Assembly (NCBI RefSeq): GCF_004010195.1
Contig: NC_057750.1
Span: forward strand, 12,127,144 to 12,191,143
From: Chiloscyllium plagiosum
Lineage: Eukaryota
Reading direction: 5' to 3'
DNA length: 64,000 bases
Both the position numbers and the translations under genes were made by a program. Under the pieces are notes generated by a model. The model ran no database searches, was not told the DNA's origin, and worked only from the letters and a program-made list of their open reading frames with translations. Positions within the stretch are counted from its first letter, which is position 1; each line of letters begins with the position of its first letter. Below, piece after piece: positions 1 to 13,342 of the stretch.

Positions 1-12
1 TGCCAATAAACA

Positions 13-925
13 TAGAAACATAGAGATGTACAGCACAGAAACAGAGTCTTTGTTCCAACTTATCCATGCCAACCAAATATCCTAAATTAATCTCATCTCA
101 TTTGCCAGCACTTGACCCATATCCCTCTAAACCCTGCCTATTCATATATCCATCCAGATGCCTTTTGAATGTTGTTATTGTACCAGCCTCCACCACTCCC
201 TCTGGCAGCTCATTCCATACACGCACCACCCTCTGCATGAAAGAAAGTTGCCCCTTAGGTCCCTTTTAAATCTTTCCCCTCTCACCCTAAACCTATGCCC
301 TCTAGTTTTAGAATCCCCTACCCTAGGGAAAAAGATGTTGTACATTTACTCTATCCATGCCCATATGGTTTCACAAACCTCTATAAAGTCACCCTTCAAC
401 CTCCAACAGTCCAGGAAAAATAGCCCCTATGTATTCAGCCTCTCCTTATAGCTCAAATCTTCCAATCCCACCAACATCCTTGTCAATATTTTCTGTACCC
501 TTTCAAGTTTAAATGACATCTTTCCTTTTGTCAGGGAGTCCAGAATTGAATGCAGTATTCCAAAGTGACCTCACCAATGTCCTGCAAAATGACATCCCAA
601 CTCCTTTAATCAAAGCACTGACAAAGCAAGTGTACCAAACACCTTCTTCACTAGCCTGACCACTTGTGACTCCAACATCGAAGAACTATGAACTTGCATC
701 CAAGGTCGCTTTGTTTGGCAACTCTCCCCAGGTCCCTACCTTTAAGTGTATAAGCCCTGCCCTGCCTTACCAAAATGCAACACCTCACATTTATCTAAAT
801 TAAACTCCATCTGCCACTCCCCGGTCCATCTGATCAAGGTCCTGTTATACTCTGAGGTAATCTTCTTCACCATCCACTACACCACCAATTTTGGTGTCAT
901 CTGCAAACTTTCTAACCATTATTCC
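13..925 (-). mobile_element. CR1 (HER1-like) LINE, 5'-truncated 3' part with RT C-terminus and tail
   Basis: Reverse complement carries degenerate CR1 RT C-terminal sequence (FADD region near 890-910, YCIQFW-type motif near 540-560) and ends in the TCTCTATGTTTCTATG tail. Confidence 0.85.
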
Positions 926-2124
926 CAATAACCCTCTACCATCACCCACTATTTCCTATCTTTTGTATCCTTGGATTCTTTTTTCAGAACATTCAACAAC
1001 TCAATAAATAGGGAGAAACTAGAGAGAGAGCAAAACAAAAGAAAGACAGTCTCCAAAATCACACTGTCTCCTGCCAAACTCTACCAGAACTGATTCTTTC
1101 TTTTCTGTTTACAATCAACATTTTCCGTGGTTAGGGCCGGTCCTCCCTTGATTGACTGATTCAATATTCAACCAGCTGCCATCCCTAAGCATAGCACCTA
1201 CTCATTGCTGGTTCATCAACAGTATCTGGCGATCAATAATTAAGTTACATTATGTTCAGACTAGTTGCCAACAGAACCATCTGTCTTTGTTCTCTTCTCT
1301 TTTAAAACAAACTGCGATTCAAAGTTCACCTCTTAACTTCAATATTCAGTTCCAAACCAAAAATTGAGAAAAATAAAAGAAAATTAGTGATGATCTTGAT
1401 GCCAGTTAAATTAAGCTCAGACTAATGAATGGTTAAGCAATAATTTGTACGCTTGTTGGGAATTTTAAAGCAACTGATAGGGTAAGGAAAGAGAAACCCT
1501 TTGGGGCAGCCAAGAGAATCCAACCTTAAACGTTCAGAGATGGACAGGCCATTCTGCAAAGAAGTTAGGATACATTTCCTCAAGGAAAGACTATTACAAG
1601 TCATAGAATCATGATGGGCTGACGATTCCCTTCACACCGCTGAGCGAATCAGTGCTGGGAAACCAAATTGGAGGCATGCTGTACAGCAATGTTGTAATTA
1701 ACAGGTCATTCCCATTGCCTACAACATAGCAGGTCGCTATCCAATGCTAATGTAAAGAGATGCTGAGTTCACTATTGAAATGCCTGCACCAGATGTAATT
1801 TCACTTGGGTTGTTATTTTTGTTGAGGCAACTTGATTCCTGAAGGTAAGTCAGTTCAACCGTAGGGAATCCAACTGTGGGACCAGGAATGTCTTGACAGG
1901 TAAATTTAAAAGTTCTTGCCAGTTTCAACTCTCATAATTAGATGTTCTTTGATAAGTGAAATATGTGGTTATTGGCCATTGGACTGTGCTGCTAAAAAAT
2001 AAGAGTGCTTTAAATTGGCCAACTCTATGTAAAGGTTCAGACATATTAGACTAGATTATCCTTTGGGTAAAGTCACCTTTTTTCTATAGTCAATGCTCAG
2101 GTTAAAAAGAAAAATCATCACTTA

Positions 2125-2326
2125 ATTGATGGGGCCTCGGGGGTGGAGAGATGAATGGGAGAGGGGTGGGGCTGGGGAGAAGGTAGCTGAGAGTGCAGTA
2201 AGTGGATGGAGGTGGGGGTAAAGGTGATAGGTCGGAGAGGAGAGTGGAGCGGCTAGGTGGGAAGGAAGATTGACAGACGGGACAGCTCATGAGGAGGGGG
2301 CTGAGCTGGAAGGTTGGAACTGGGGT
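2125..2326 (-). mobile_element. Purine-rich 3' region fragment of a Penelope-like element
   Basis: GA-rich tract similar in reverse complement to 51735-51865; family assignment from recalled shark repeats. Confidence 0.45.
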
Positions 2327-2329
2327 TCC

Positions 2330-3375
2330 TGTGTTGGTTACCTTACGAGGAAAGTTTGGGTAGGCTGGGTCTGTATCTGTTGGAATCTATAAGAATGATA
2401 GGTGAACATATTGAACCATATATGATATTTTGACAGAACTTGACAAGGTGGATACTGAAAGGATGTTTTCCTTTTTGGGATCGGGTGGAACGAGGGGACA
2501 AATTAAAAATATGCAGTCGCCCAGTTAGGACGGAGATGAGGAGGAGGTTTTTTCCAAAGGATCATTCGTCTTTAGAACTGCCTTTCCTCGAGATGGGTGA
2601 AAGTGGGATAGCTGAATATTTTTAAGACAGACACAGAATGGCTCTTGACTTAGAAGGGAGCTGTTTGTTGGTGGGAGTTGAGGCCACAAATCATATCAGT
2701 CATGATCTCATTCAGCTGTGAAGCAAGCTAGAGGGACCAAATGGCCCGCCCTCAAAGCGCAGCAGATGGTGAAGAGGGCAAATGATATGTTGGTGAGAGG
2801 GGATGTCTTCCTCCAATTGTACAGGGCCTTAATGAGATCACAGCTGAAGTAATTGTGTGCAGTTTTGATGGTCTTATCTGAGGAAGACAAGTCCAGCTAT
2901 GCTGGTTTGTCAGGTTGAATCCTGGGACGGCAAGACAGGCCTGAAAAGAGATTGGATCAATGATAATTATATTCACTGGAGTTCCTAATAATGAGAGGGG
3001 ATTTCACAGAAACCTAGAAATTTCTAACAGGGTAAGCACAAGAAGATGTCTTGATGACTGGAGAGTCCAGAACCAGGGGTCACAATCTATAGAGAATGAG
3101 GGAGGACATTTAGAACTGAGATAAGGAGAAATACCTTCACCCAGGGAGTGGTGAGCTTGTGGAATTCTCTGTCACAGAAAGCAGTTCAGACCAAAACTTT
3201 GAATGTTTTCAAGAAAGAGATAGATACAGTGCTTAGAGCTAAAAGGATTAAAGGCTTTGGAAGAAATTGAGAACAGGTACAGAGCTGGATGAAGAGCTAT
3301 GCTCATATTTAATAGTGGATCAGGCTGGAAGGGCTAAATGACCTAGTCCTATTCCTATTTTCAATGTTTCTATGA
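2330..3375 (+). mobile_element. Two degenerate CR1 3' fragments
   Basis: ALMRSQL / GESRTRGH / FTQGVVSLWNSL-like motifs and tail CCTATTCCTATTTTCAATGTTTCTATG. Confidence 0.75.
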
Positions 3376-3949
3376 TCCTAATTTATATGTTGGTACATCG
3401 CCTAGATTTACAGCTAATATTGTGTAAGTTATTGTTTTGTTTCTCTGCTTTCTCAATAGCATGAGAATGTCAGATCCTCCCAAATCTGAACTTACTTGGA
3501 GAATGAACACTGGAGGGACACTTGGGCTACAATTGAGACACTTTTACATAGGTCCACCTCTCCAAGAGTCTCAAAGCAAAGCCGACAAATAGAGGAGCTG
3601 ATATTTCTTTTTCACTGGGGATTAGCATCTGCAGGGATTGTTACATGTGCATGCTCCAACTTAACCTGAAACCACACTCTTTCATTGCACAGCACTGCCA
3701 GTGACCATCAAGCACACAGTTACTTTTGCATTATGCCAGTCTCCCATGGGTAGCTGCTACAATATAGTCAATAAACCATACAAGGTTTATAAGGCCAAGT
3801 GACTGATGCCTTATTATGCTTGAGCAAGCAATTCTATCTCCTTGCACATTGAATTAGCAGCAGAATTGAGATGCTGTGGTAGTATTATTGATTTGGGGAG
3901 ATCCCAAAAGGTCGACAGGGTTATAAATTTGGACCTGAGTGTCGAGGTT

Positions 3950-4510
3950 TTGGTTGTGGCTCAGTGATAATGTTCTCACCTCTCATTCCAGAGATATGAG
4001 GCCACTAATCTAGGTTGACACTTAGCAAGGATGCCTGCTTGAAGAAGTTCTCCTCCTCTCTCTACAAGAATCTCAGTGAGTCTCTCTCTCACTGCAACCC
4101 CCAGGTCCTATCTTTCCACCCTGCAGGCTTCCTGCCTCTATTCCTGATGAAGGGCTTTTGCCTGAAATGTCAATTTTCCCGCTCCTTGGATGCTGCCTGG
4201 CCTGCTGTGCTTTTCCAGCACCACTCTAATCCAGACTTAAGTTGTAGTACCGAGGGACTTACCTTTTGTTGGAAGTGCTGTCTTTCGGATCACAAGTCAC
4301 ACACAACCTCATCTTCTTCTCCCAGGTGTATGTAAAACCTCCACCTTTTGACCAAGAGCAAGAGAGCTGTCCTCTGGTGCCTGACTATAAATTTATCCCT
4401 TAAACAATATATTTAAAAAACTGATCATTATCCCATATCTGTTTGTGCGAACTAGCTATGTGCAGTTTGGCTGCTGCATTTTCTACTTTTACAAACACCA
4501 GTGATTGCCG
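3950..4510 (+). mobile_element. Deu-domain SINE (SacSINE1-like), interrupted by a Penelope-derived fragment at ~4023-4234
   Basis: tRNA-like head GTGGCTCAGTG; GGAAGTGCTGTCTTTCGGAT, TTTATCCCTT and TTGGCTGCTGCATTTTCTAC match the recalled DeuSINE core. Confidence 0.6.
4023..4234 (+). mobile_element. Penelope-derived non-autonomous fragment with hammerhead-like core
   Basis: CTGATGA-AGGGC-TTTT-GCCT-GAAA-TGTC followed by GGATGCTGCCTGGCCTGCTGTGCTTTTCCAGCA, shared with copies at 18.0, 28.1, 48.0 and 57.0 kb. Confidence 0.7.
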
Positions 4511-5179
4511 CAGTCCAAACATTTAACATGAAATATTCCAGAATTAGGGACTAAGTGGCTGCCTGGTAGGTAAATTTCCCATTTAAGTAAATGGGTTCGC
4601 TAATATCCGTGGTTTCAGGCTGCCGCGGTAGGTCTTGGAACATATCTCTCACGGGTACCGGGGGTGGGTGGGGAGGGGGGATGGGGGACTATTGTACTTC
4701 AGAGAAACCTTATTGGCTGGACGGTGTTTTGATCTATGTCCAAGGTCATGAGAGGTGCTGCATTAATGCAAGCGCTTTATTCAAGAGCAACGTACTGGGA
4801 ATGCTGCAGATATGAAATGCAAATAGAAAGTCATGGAGAAACTCAGAAATCTGGCAGCCTCTGTGGAGGGAGAAAACCAGAGTTCAAGGTTCAAGTCCAA
4901 TTCATAGATGTTGCTGGTTTTGCTGAGTTTTTCCACCTCCGCGTTTTTGTTTTTCTTTTATTGTTCTTATCAGAAGTGCAGGAGATGGATCTGGGACATC
5001 CGACATCAGTACTCTCTCAAATGGATCTAACCATTGGCATGTCAATCCTTAGTGTCCTTGCCTTGAGCTTGTTCTAGATCTATATCCATGTCTTTTACTT
5101 GGCCTGCACCTGTGTCAGTTTATAAAAGAGTGCAGCATTAAATACAAATGTAATAACCTACCTATTCAGATGTGTTATG

Positions 5180-5642
5180 TCATAGAATCATAGAGATGTA
5201 CAGCAAGGAAACAGACCCTTTGGTCCCACTTGTCCATTCTGATCAGATATCCCAACCCATCTAGTCCCACCTGCCAGCACCCGGCCCATATCCATCCAAA
5301 CCCTTCCTATTCATATACACATCCTCCACCACTTCCTCTGGCAGCTCATTCCATACACATACCACCCTCTGCATGAAAACGTTGCCTCATAGGTCTCTTT
5401 TATATCTTTCCCCTCTCACCCTAAACCTAGTTCTGGACTCCCCCACCCCAGGGAAAAGACCTTGTCTATTTACCCTATCCATGCCCCTCATGATTTTATA
5501 AACCTCTATAAGGTCACCCCTTAGCCTCCGACGCTCCAGGGAAAACAGCCCCAGCCTGTTCAACCTCTCCCTATAGCTCAAACCCTCCAACCCTGGCAAC
5601 ATACTTGTAAATCTTTTCTGAACCCTTTCAAGTTTCACAACA
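5180..5642 (-). mobile_element. CR1 (HER1-like) 3' fragment
   Basis: ORF 5387-5638 KLERVQKRFTSMLPGLEGLSYRERLNRLGLFSLERRRLRGDLIEVYKIM is the canonical CR1 ORF2 C-terminus. Confidence 0.92.
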
Positions 5643-6938
5643 AATGAAAAATGTTGATTTCAAATTGGACAAAGGAATCATGTCGCTAGTGCTCTGTCAG
5701 TTTTCCTTCAATGGTGTCTAGAAACAATTGTGGGATAGAATAAACAGCCACATGGCAAAATGTGGATTGATTTGGAAGAGGAAACGGAGAGGCTTGATGA
5801 GGGCAGATCTGTTGGTGTGGTGTTCATGGCCTTCGAAAAGATACAATGCCACACGGACATACAAGGAAAGCTTTAGGTCATGGGATAAAATGGACAATGG
5901 GAATTGTGGGTTCAAATTGCCCGGGGGATAGGAAACAGAGCAATAGTTGTTACTTTTGCACCATAACAATTCTGTGGTTCTATAAAACAAAAGGTGACAG
6001 CAATATCTACCAGTAACCAGAATTGGATAGAAAGTGTGAGCTTAAACTGATTAAGTATGATAATGAAAGAGATTTATCAAATACAGCCTGGGAACTCAAT
6101 GATTCATCTTAAATTAGAAAAGTACAATTTTTATATCTGCGTCAGAATTACAGTGACTAAGCTGAACCAGACCCTGTCTGGGAGATTTGATGTGTTAATG
6201 AAGGGGCTAAAGCTGCATTGTTGGAAATAGTCATGGCCATATTTACCTAAGCACAAAGCTGATCTTTTTCTTAATGTATTGTTATGATATATATAATACC
6301 GTGTTTGAGGAAAGATCTTTCTACACATGGGATATGATGATATATCAGAAAGTCACAAGGAACTATAGCATGCCAAGTACATGCCCTGTCTGATTGGTTG
6401 GAGGATAGGTCACTGCCCTTTGCTGCAAGACACACCAGATGTTTCGTAGCCTTCTTGATAGAGTAACGTGTAAAATTCTTAGACAGTTCGACAAAATGGA
6501 TACTGAGAGGATGTTTCCCCTTAGCTTGAGTGTGTGGAAGTGTCAAAATCTCAAGTTAATGGTTCAGCCATTTAGAACTGAGATGAGAAAATGTTTCTCC
6601 TGTTAGAGTTAGGAATCTTTGGAATTCTTTCCCCCAGAGAACCTGGATGCTGAGTGAGTGAGTATATTCCTGATTGGATTTGCTGGATTTTAGGCTTATG
6701 GGGACTGAAAGCAATTAGAAATGAGGCCATCAAGCAGATCTGACGTAAAAGGTCAGCCAGGCAGAATAGGGTCAAAAAGCAATATGGCCTGCTCCTACTC
6801 CTTTTTTTCATGTGATCACTTTTGTCCACCATACATTACCTCAGGTGTTCATGAATTACTGCTTGTTTTTATTTTAAAAAATATTTCATTGGATATGGGC
6901 ATCGCTGGCAAGGCCTGCATTTTTGGTCATCCCTAATT

Positions 6939-7233
6939 CCTCAGTGCTGCCTCACAGCACCAGGGTCCCAGGTTTAATTCCAGCCTCGGGGACTGTCTGT
7001 GTGGAGTTGCACATTCACCCCGTGTCTGCGTGGGTTTCCTCCGGGTGCTCCGGTTTCCTCCCACAGTCCAAAGATGTGCAGGTCAGGTGGATTGGCCATG
7101 CTAAATTGCCCATAGTGTAGGTCTGTTAGTCAGAGGGAAATGGGTCTGGGCGGGTTACTCTTCAGAGGGTCAGTATGGACTGATTGGGCCGAAGGGCCTG
7201 TTTCCACACTGTAGGGAATCTAATCTAATCTAA
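6939..7233 (+). mobile_element. HE1 V-SINE
   Basis: V domain GGGTTTCCTCCGGGTGCTCCGGTTTCCTCCCACAGTCCAAAGATGTGCAGG and CR1-type tail ending in (AATCT)n. Confidence 0.9.
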
Positions 7234-9021
7234 TTGTTCTTGAACTAAGTGGCTTGCTGAACTCTTTCAGGTGACATTTAAAAGTCAGTCACATTGTTGG
7301 AGGCCTGGAGTCACATGTAGGCCAGACCGATTAAGGATGGCAGATTTCCTTCCTTGAAGGACATTAATGAACCAGTCTATGCCGAGTACACAATCCCACC
7401 TTTATTTATATATTTTATTTAACCTATTTTTCTAATCAACCTATTCAGAGATATTACTACATACCTCTGGAGCAGCTGGGCCTTGATGCCAGATCTCTTG
7501 GCCTAGAGGTAGAGTCAATACCGTTATGCTTTAGAAGCCTTTCCAGTTCTGCTTTTATGTTTCTAGAGATATTTTATAAGCAACCTGCTCAGCGACGTTA
7601 TTACGCACATCCAGAGTAGACTTAAACCTGGGTCTCCCAGATCAGAGGGACCACAGCACCACAAGAATCCACAGTCCCACCTTTGTGTCTAGCTGTTTGA
7701 TTAATTGATCCAATAAACTGCTTAAATACTCACTGTATTAACAACCATTGCTGAGCCTAGCTTTCAGTTCCAGATTTTTTTTTGATTAATTGAATTTAGA
7801 AATTTACATTGAATTTTGTGAATGTTTTGACAGCCCTGAAACCATTCGGCTATGTACATGCAAACTGCAAACCCGCTGTACCCCTGCTGGTGTTGTAGTC
7901 ACATCATCCATCCCGTTTACTCATTCTCATCGAGTATTTTTGCGCTGCCTCGGTTTTCATGAATGGGGCATTTTGTAAAAAGTGCATTTGCAGAACATTT
8001 GCATGTGCAATGTGAACATTTCATTGTCCATTTCTTCTGACACGTTTGTTACAGAAGCTGCCAGCCTCTCTTGCTTTTTGGCATGATGTGTAGGAAAATG
8101 CCATCAGCTCATTTGTTAATGGCTCAAACGTATAATTAATGCCCAAAACACAGGTGATTGAGCACGTCCTCCCTCCCTCCCCACCCAAACCAACAGATTA
8201 ATTACTCCAAAGCACAATTGATTAGTACATCACACACAGGCCACCAGAATTTGATACTTCTATTCCAAACTACCACAGATTAGTGTGCACCCCTCAAGTG
8301 ACAAGTGTTTGGGCCTAAAAACTACCTGAGTTGAAGAATGTACTCACAAAGATACTCAAGATATGGCATTCCTGACCCTGTGGCGGCAATTAAAAACTAA
8401 TATTGGCAATACAAGTTTGTACTTGAGTACATGACGGGTATGGTATCACAGTCAGAGTTGACATTGTAGCTTGATATGTGCCATTGTGGGTGAATGTCCA
8501 GAGATCTCTTGGTCCAATGCTTGTTCCCTCAACTGCTGTCCCAAGTAATTCAAGCTTTGCCCTTGATCTCCAGGCACAAATTGCCGTTGTCAAGTTTTGT
8601 ATTGTCAGCTTGTTCAAAATGTCAGTTATTGCTTTTAGATTTGTTGCATTGTGCCAGTAATAGATCCCAGAGGCAGTCATATTATGTTAAGATCAGAGCA
8701 GGGATGGGAGCTATACAGTTTGCATATTTCTGATGCAAAATTATTCTGTTTTGTCACATAATGTACCCTTGGATTTTACGCTGTAGAAATGTGTTGAGAT
8801 TGGCACCACTCCTTGGAGCTGAGTTTAACACAAAACAGAAGCACAGCTCTTTACAGTTAAACAAGAACGCTGATGGAGTGAGATGTTCTTGCTTCACAGG
8901 AGCAGTGTTCTGACACCATCCCACTCTGCAATTCACAGAAGAGGGGATCCCTATCTATCGACTCTGCTAAACAAAGGAATTGCTCCTGAATTGAAAAACC
9001 TTTGGAAGATTATATTTTGTC

Positions 9022-9940
9022 ACCCCCCCCCTTCTTATTTCTCAGTTTTATCCCTACAGCTTTACTGGGCAACCCCCCGAGAATATCCTTTTTGAGTACT
9101 GCAGTAATGTTTTCCCTCATCAAAAACTCCACACTCTTTCCTCGCTTGCCTCCCCATTCAATCCTTCCTATATCATTTGTACCCCGGAACATTAAACTTC
9201 TAGTCCTGTCTCTCCCTCAGCCATGTTTCTGTAATAGGTATGATATCCTAGTCCCATGTTCCCATCCATACCTTGAGTTCATCCGTCTTACCTGTCTGGT
9301 CTCTTGCATTGAAATAAATGCAGTTTATTCATCAGTCTTCCCTTGTTCTCTGCCAAGCTCTTGCCTGCTTTGTCTATTTAATTGCAGTCTTTAAATTCTG
9401 TACCAGCCTCAAACTTCTCTCTTGTCTCACTACTGCATAGGGTCCTACTCTCCCGAGTAGCTCTAGCAAATCTCTCCATCAGGGTATTGGCCCACATTCC
9501 AGTACAGGTGCAACTCATCCCTCTTGTACAGGTCACTGAGAAGAGATCCTGAAAATCCAAAAATCTGAATCCATGCCCATTGCACCACCTCCTTGGAGCC
9601 TCAGTCATCTGCCCTCATCTCAAAAGGAGTGCACCTCCAGAGGGGAACTCAATGGAGCAGATAGTAACTTTGATGATATCCACTTCGGGATAATTTGGAT
9701 GATTATACTGAAGCCAACCCCGTCAGCCTTCTCCCAGGGAACCCAGAGAATGGAGCAGAGATGGTTATTGTGCACATTGGTACCAAAGACATAGGTAGAA
9801 AAAGAGATGAGGTCCTGCAGAGTGAATATAAGGAGTGAAGCAGGATGGTTAAAAAACAGGATCTCAAGGATAGTAATCGCTGGATTACTCCAAGTGCCAC
9901 GTGCTAGAGAGAGTAGGAAGGGGAGGATAGAGCAGAGAGC
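9022..9940. mobile_element. CR1 5' region (ORF1 SGNH-esterase and start of endonuclease), split into opposite orientations
   Basis: + strand 9745-9940 encodes VHIGTKDIGR...LKNRISRIVIAGLLQVPRARESRKGRIEQ; - strand 9022-9608 continues RRWCNGHGFRFLD and later LMRENITAV. Confidence 0.7.
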
Positions 9941-10207
9941 ATTCATTCATTCAGAATGCATTTATCTACCCTATTCTCTTATTCCTAATCACATCTGGCT
10001 GCTCATGTTTCCCTTTGAGAGCTAGCTACAAGTCAACACAGATTGTGCCTATCCATTTGTGGTTGAATTTATAGCCTTAGAATAAGAGTGAGGAAAATGT
10101 GCACAATACTCACTGGTTTGAATCCAGGTGTTTAGCAGTAGCTGGAAGGGTGGCCATAATCCTTTGAGATGCCCAGGGCAACTGTCTGACAAACAAGAAA
10201 GAAACTT

Positions 10208-10570
10208 GGGGTGGCACGGTGGCTCAGTGCTTGGGGTGGCACTGCTGCCTCACAGTGCCACGAAGCCAGGTTCAATCCCTGCCTTGGGTGACTGTCTGTG
10301 TGGAGTTTGCAAATTCTCCCTGTGTCTGCGTGGGTTTCCTCCGAGTGCTCCAGTTTCCTCCCATAATCCAAAGATGTGCCGATTAGTGTGAATTGGCCAT
10401 GCTAAGTTGCCCATAGTGTTCAGGCATGTGTATGTTAGGTGCATTAGTCAGAGGTAAAGGTAGAGTGATAAGGTGGGGGAATGGGTTTGGGTGTGATGCC
10501 CTTTGGAGGGTCAGTGTGGACTTGTTGGGCCAAAGGGCCTGTTTCCACACTGTAGGGATTCTATGATTCT
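10208..10570 (+). mobile_element. HE1 V-SINE, full length
   Basis: tRNA head GGCACGGTGGCTCAGTG, B box GGTTCAATCCC, V domain, tail GGGATTCTATGATTCT. Confidence 0.92.
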
Positions 10571-11279
10571 GTGAACTGTCCCAGGGAAAGATTCTACTCC
10601 ATTTTCTAGGATTGCTAGGAGGAGGCTGGCGGGTATAATAAGTATAATCACCCAAGTTTAGATGTTTTGAAAGTGGCTGAAGTAACTATGGACTCCATTG
10701 AGTTCCCTTCCCTGTTGAGGAGATGGTTGAGGCTCCTCAGCTGACAATTTCCTTGTCACTTCGCTCACTTGCACATTCTTTCTTTGAATGTCAAGAAAAC
10801 AGACTTGGATGGGATGTATGTTCTGGTATCTGACTGGGAGAAATGATCCAAATCCTGTGAATCTTTCTTTAGCAATCTTTCTGTGAATCTTCTTCAGGAC
10901 CTTCCTTCAGAACTCACTAGGTGCAAGTCTTTTCAGTGAAGCAGATGTCAATTGTGCGACTAATGGTTCTAAATCCTAGTCTCACTTGGCTAATGTCACA
11001 TTGCCATAACCTTATTTCAGTTTGTTTCATGTTGTTGAACCCTTCTCAAATTCCTTCAAGCCCCACCTCACTTTATTATAAACCTCTCATCTTTCTATAA
11101 TTGCTGTCTAATTGTAGTTTGGCTACTTTTTGACCATTGTGACTGTTAATGTGTTTGAGTCGTATTTTGTTATGTTTTATACAAGGGTCAGCATCTATAT
11201 GTGTAGTTAGTAGCCCAGAACAATATTACGCTAACAATGCTGTCTGAGTAGTTTGTAGCAATTTTACTTGTTTCATATC

Positions 11280-11750
11280 CTGCCAGAGGCTTCCATTCCA
11301 CTGTCCTGCTCTCGCCCTCTCAGTCCCTTCCTTTCTCCTCCTTCTAACACATCCTATATCCTTGTGGCCTTCCTCAGGTTCTCCCTGTCCCCTAACCTCT
11401 ACTTCCCGCTTGTCCATTTCTGCCCTCCCTGCTTTTTTAAGCTTGCTGTCTCTATTCCACCCTTGATTCCCTTCACCACTCACACCCTCGCTGCCCTCAC
11501 TCTCTCTCCCCTCCCCTGCTGCACTTGCTTTTTCTCTCCCCCTCATATGCTTCCTCACTCTCTCCCCATGTACTGTCTCCTCTCACTTTCACTGCCTTGC
11601 TCTCACTGTTTCCTTGTTCCTGTGGTCTATCCCTCATATTCTCTGCCTTGCTTTTATGCTCTCATTCTATTGTTTGTGCTGTCACTCTCTTGTGCTATGC
11701 CCCTCTTCTCACTGGTTCAATACTGTCTCAGGGTTTCCTCTGTCCCTAAG
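11280..11750. repeat. CT-rich low-complexity tract
   Basis: Pyrimidine-rich; overlapping ORFs are compositional artefacts. Confidence 0.8.
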
Positions 11751-12599
11751 CCTTTGACTATATCCTGCTTGGATATAACCAAGCAGGATATATTAACCAA
11801 TATGAAGATGTCACAAGGACTTTGAGAGAATAACTGTGCATCTCGAAGCTATATGAGACATTGGAGTTCTCATAGACATTGGAGTTCTCAGCGACATTGT
11901 TACTCAAGCTGTCAACATAACATACCAACATAACTTGTTCCTGATTGTTATCATGCAATTAATTGCATCTTATTTAAGATAGTACTTTTTTTTGTTTGAC
12001 TACCAATTGGTTTTCCCCTACCACACTAGACCAAACAGGTTCCTTAGATCCTAATCTAAAGGGAAGATGGTTGCAGTAAATCTACCTGATCATTATTGAT
12101 CAACGTGACCACGATGAGCATCCGTTGCACAACACAGTGCCTGCAATAGTTGTCTGATGATTTGATTTAGCCGCACCATTTCAATAGCCTGTTGAAAGTG
12201 CACACTAGTCAAAGAGTGACTTCCAGACGAAGAGAGCAGAGACCAGTCTCCAAATGATTATCATCTAGATACTTCATCCTGTTGGTTAAATCAATCATAA
12301 ATCCAGAATACTGTTTAATTACAACGTGAAGTGGGGTGAATTTAACAGGGTTTGGGTGTAAATGTGGGACATCTGCCCTTCATGAAAGGGAGTCTCGTTC
12401 TAAAGAGTTGTGGTTGAGTCCCAGCAGTGCTGGAATGCAGAAGTGGCTACAAGGAAATTTTGAGCAGACACTGATTCACTTGCCGGGGTTATGTAAGCTT
12501 GAGCCTTTTGGTCAGAGTGGCTGCAGGTTGGGGAAGCTGGAGTGTTGGGATTTTGAGACTAGTTCCCCCATCCCACACTCAATAGGCTTGGGCAGGCTG

Positions 12600-13342
12600 G
12601 TATCTGATTCCTTAATACCCTGTAATACCCTGAACACAGTCCGCCAATTTTCCAGCAACAAAACCAAACAAACAAAATGCTCCCAGAAACCCTAGCCACT
12701 CTCCCCTACATCAATAACTGCCAGACTACTCAGACCTTTTGGCATCATGGTAGCCTACAACCCCACCAACACACTAAAACAGCAGCTAATGAACTTGAAA
12801 AATCCTATATAGACAACAAGCAAAATGAACGTCATTTACAAAATACCTAGCAAGAACTGTAATAAATACCACATTGAACAAACAGGCAGAAAACTAGCCA
12901 CCTGGGTACATGAACGTCAACTAGGCACAAAAAGACATGACCCACTCTCACTAGTATCCTTACATACAGATGAAGAAGGACACCACTTTGACTGGGACAA
13001 CACATCCATCCTAGGACAAGCCAAACAGAGACATGCATGAAAAATCCTAGAAGCATGGCATTCCAAATGGAACTCTATCAACAAACACATCAACTTGGAC
13101 CTCATCTACCACCCTCTGAGAAAAAGAACCGGAAATGACATGACCAACACAGGAAATGACATCAACACAGGAAATGGCATCACCAACCCAAGCAAATGTA
13201 AAGACATAAATAGGAAGTGGGACATACCACCAGTGCTTCATCAGGAGGCCCACTGATGATGTTACTTAGTATGGTGATGAAATGTCCAAAAACGAACCTT
13301 CCAGCTCTGCGAGCAAACCTACATCCAGAACCTCAACCTGAG
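12600..13342 (+). mobile_element. Penelope-like element 3' part (GIY-YIG endonuclease relic plus terminal hammerhead motif)
   Basis: NVIYKIPSKNCNKYHIEQTGRKLATWVHE...FDWDNTSILGQAKQRHA; CTGATGA...GAAA at 13253-13282. Confidence 0.88.

Noticed and set aside
3460..3592. Acceptor followed by a short ORF (also at ~4973 and ~29587)
   Set aside because: No recognisable protein or linked exons; expected by chance
10208..10285. tRNA genes
   Set aside because: All tRNA-like A/B box sequences are SINE heads continuing into SINE bodies
11226..11825. 185-aa hydrophobic ORF
   Set aside because: Translation of a CT-rich tract, as also at 23.4-24.0, 30.7 and 63.0-63.6 kb
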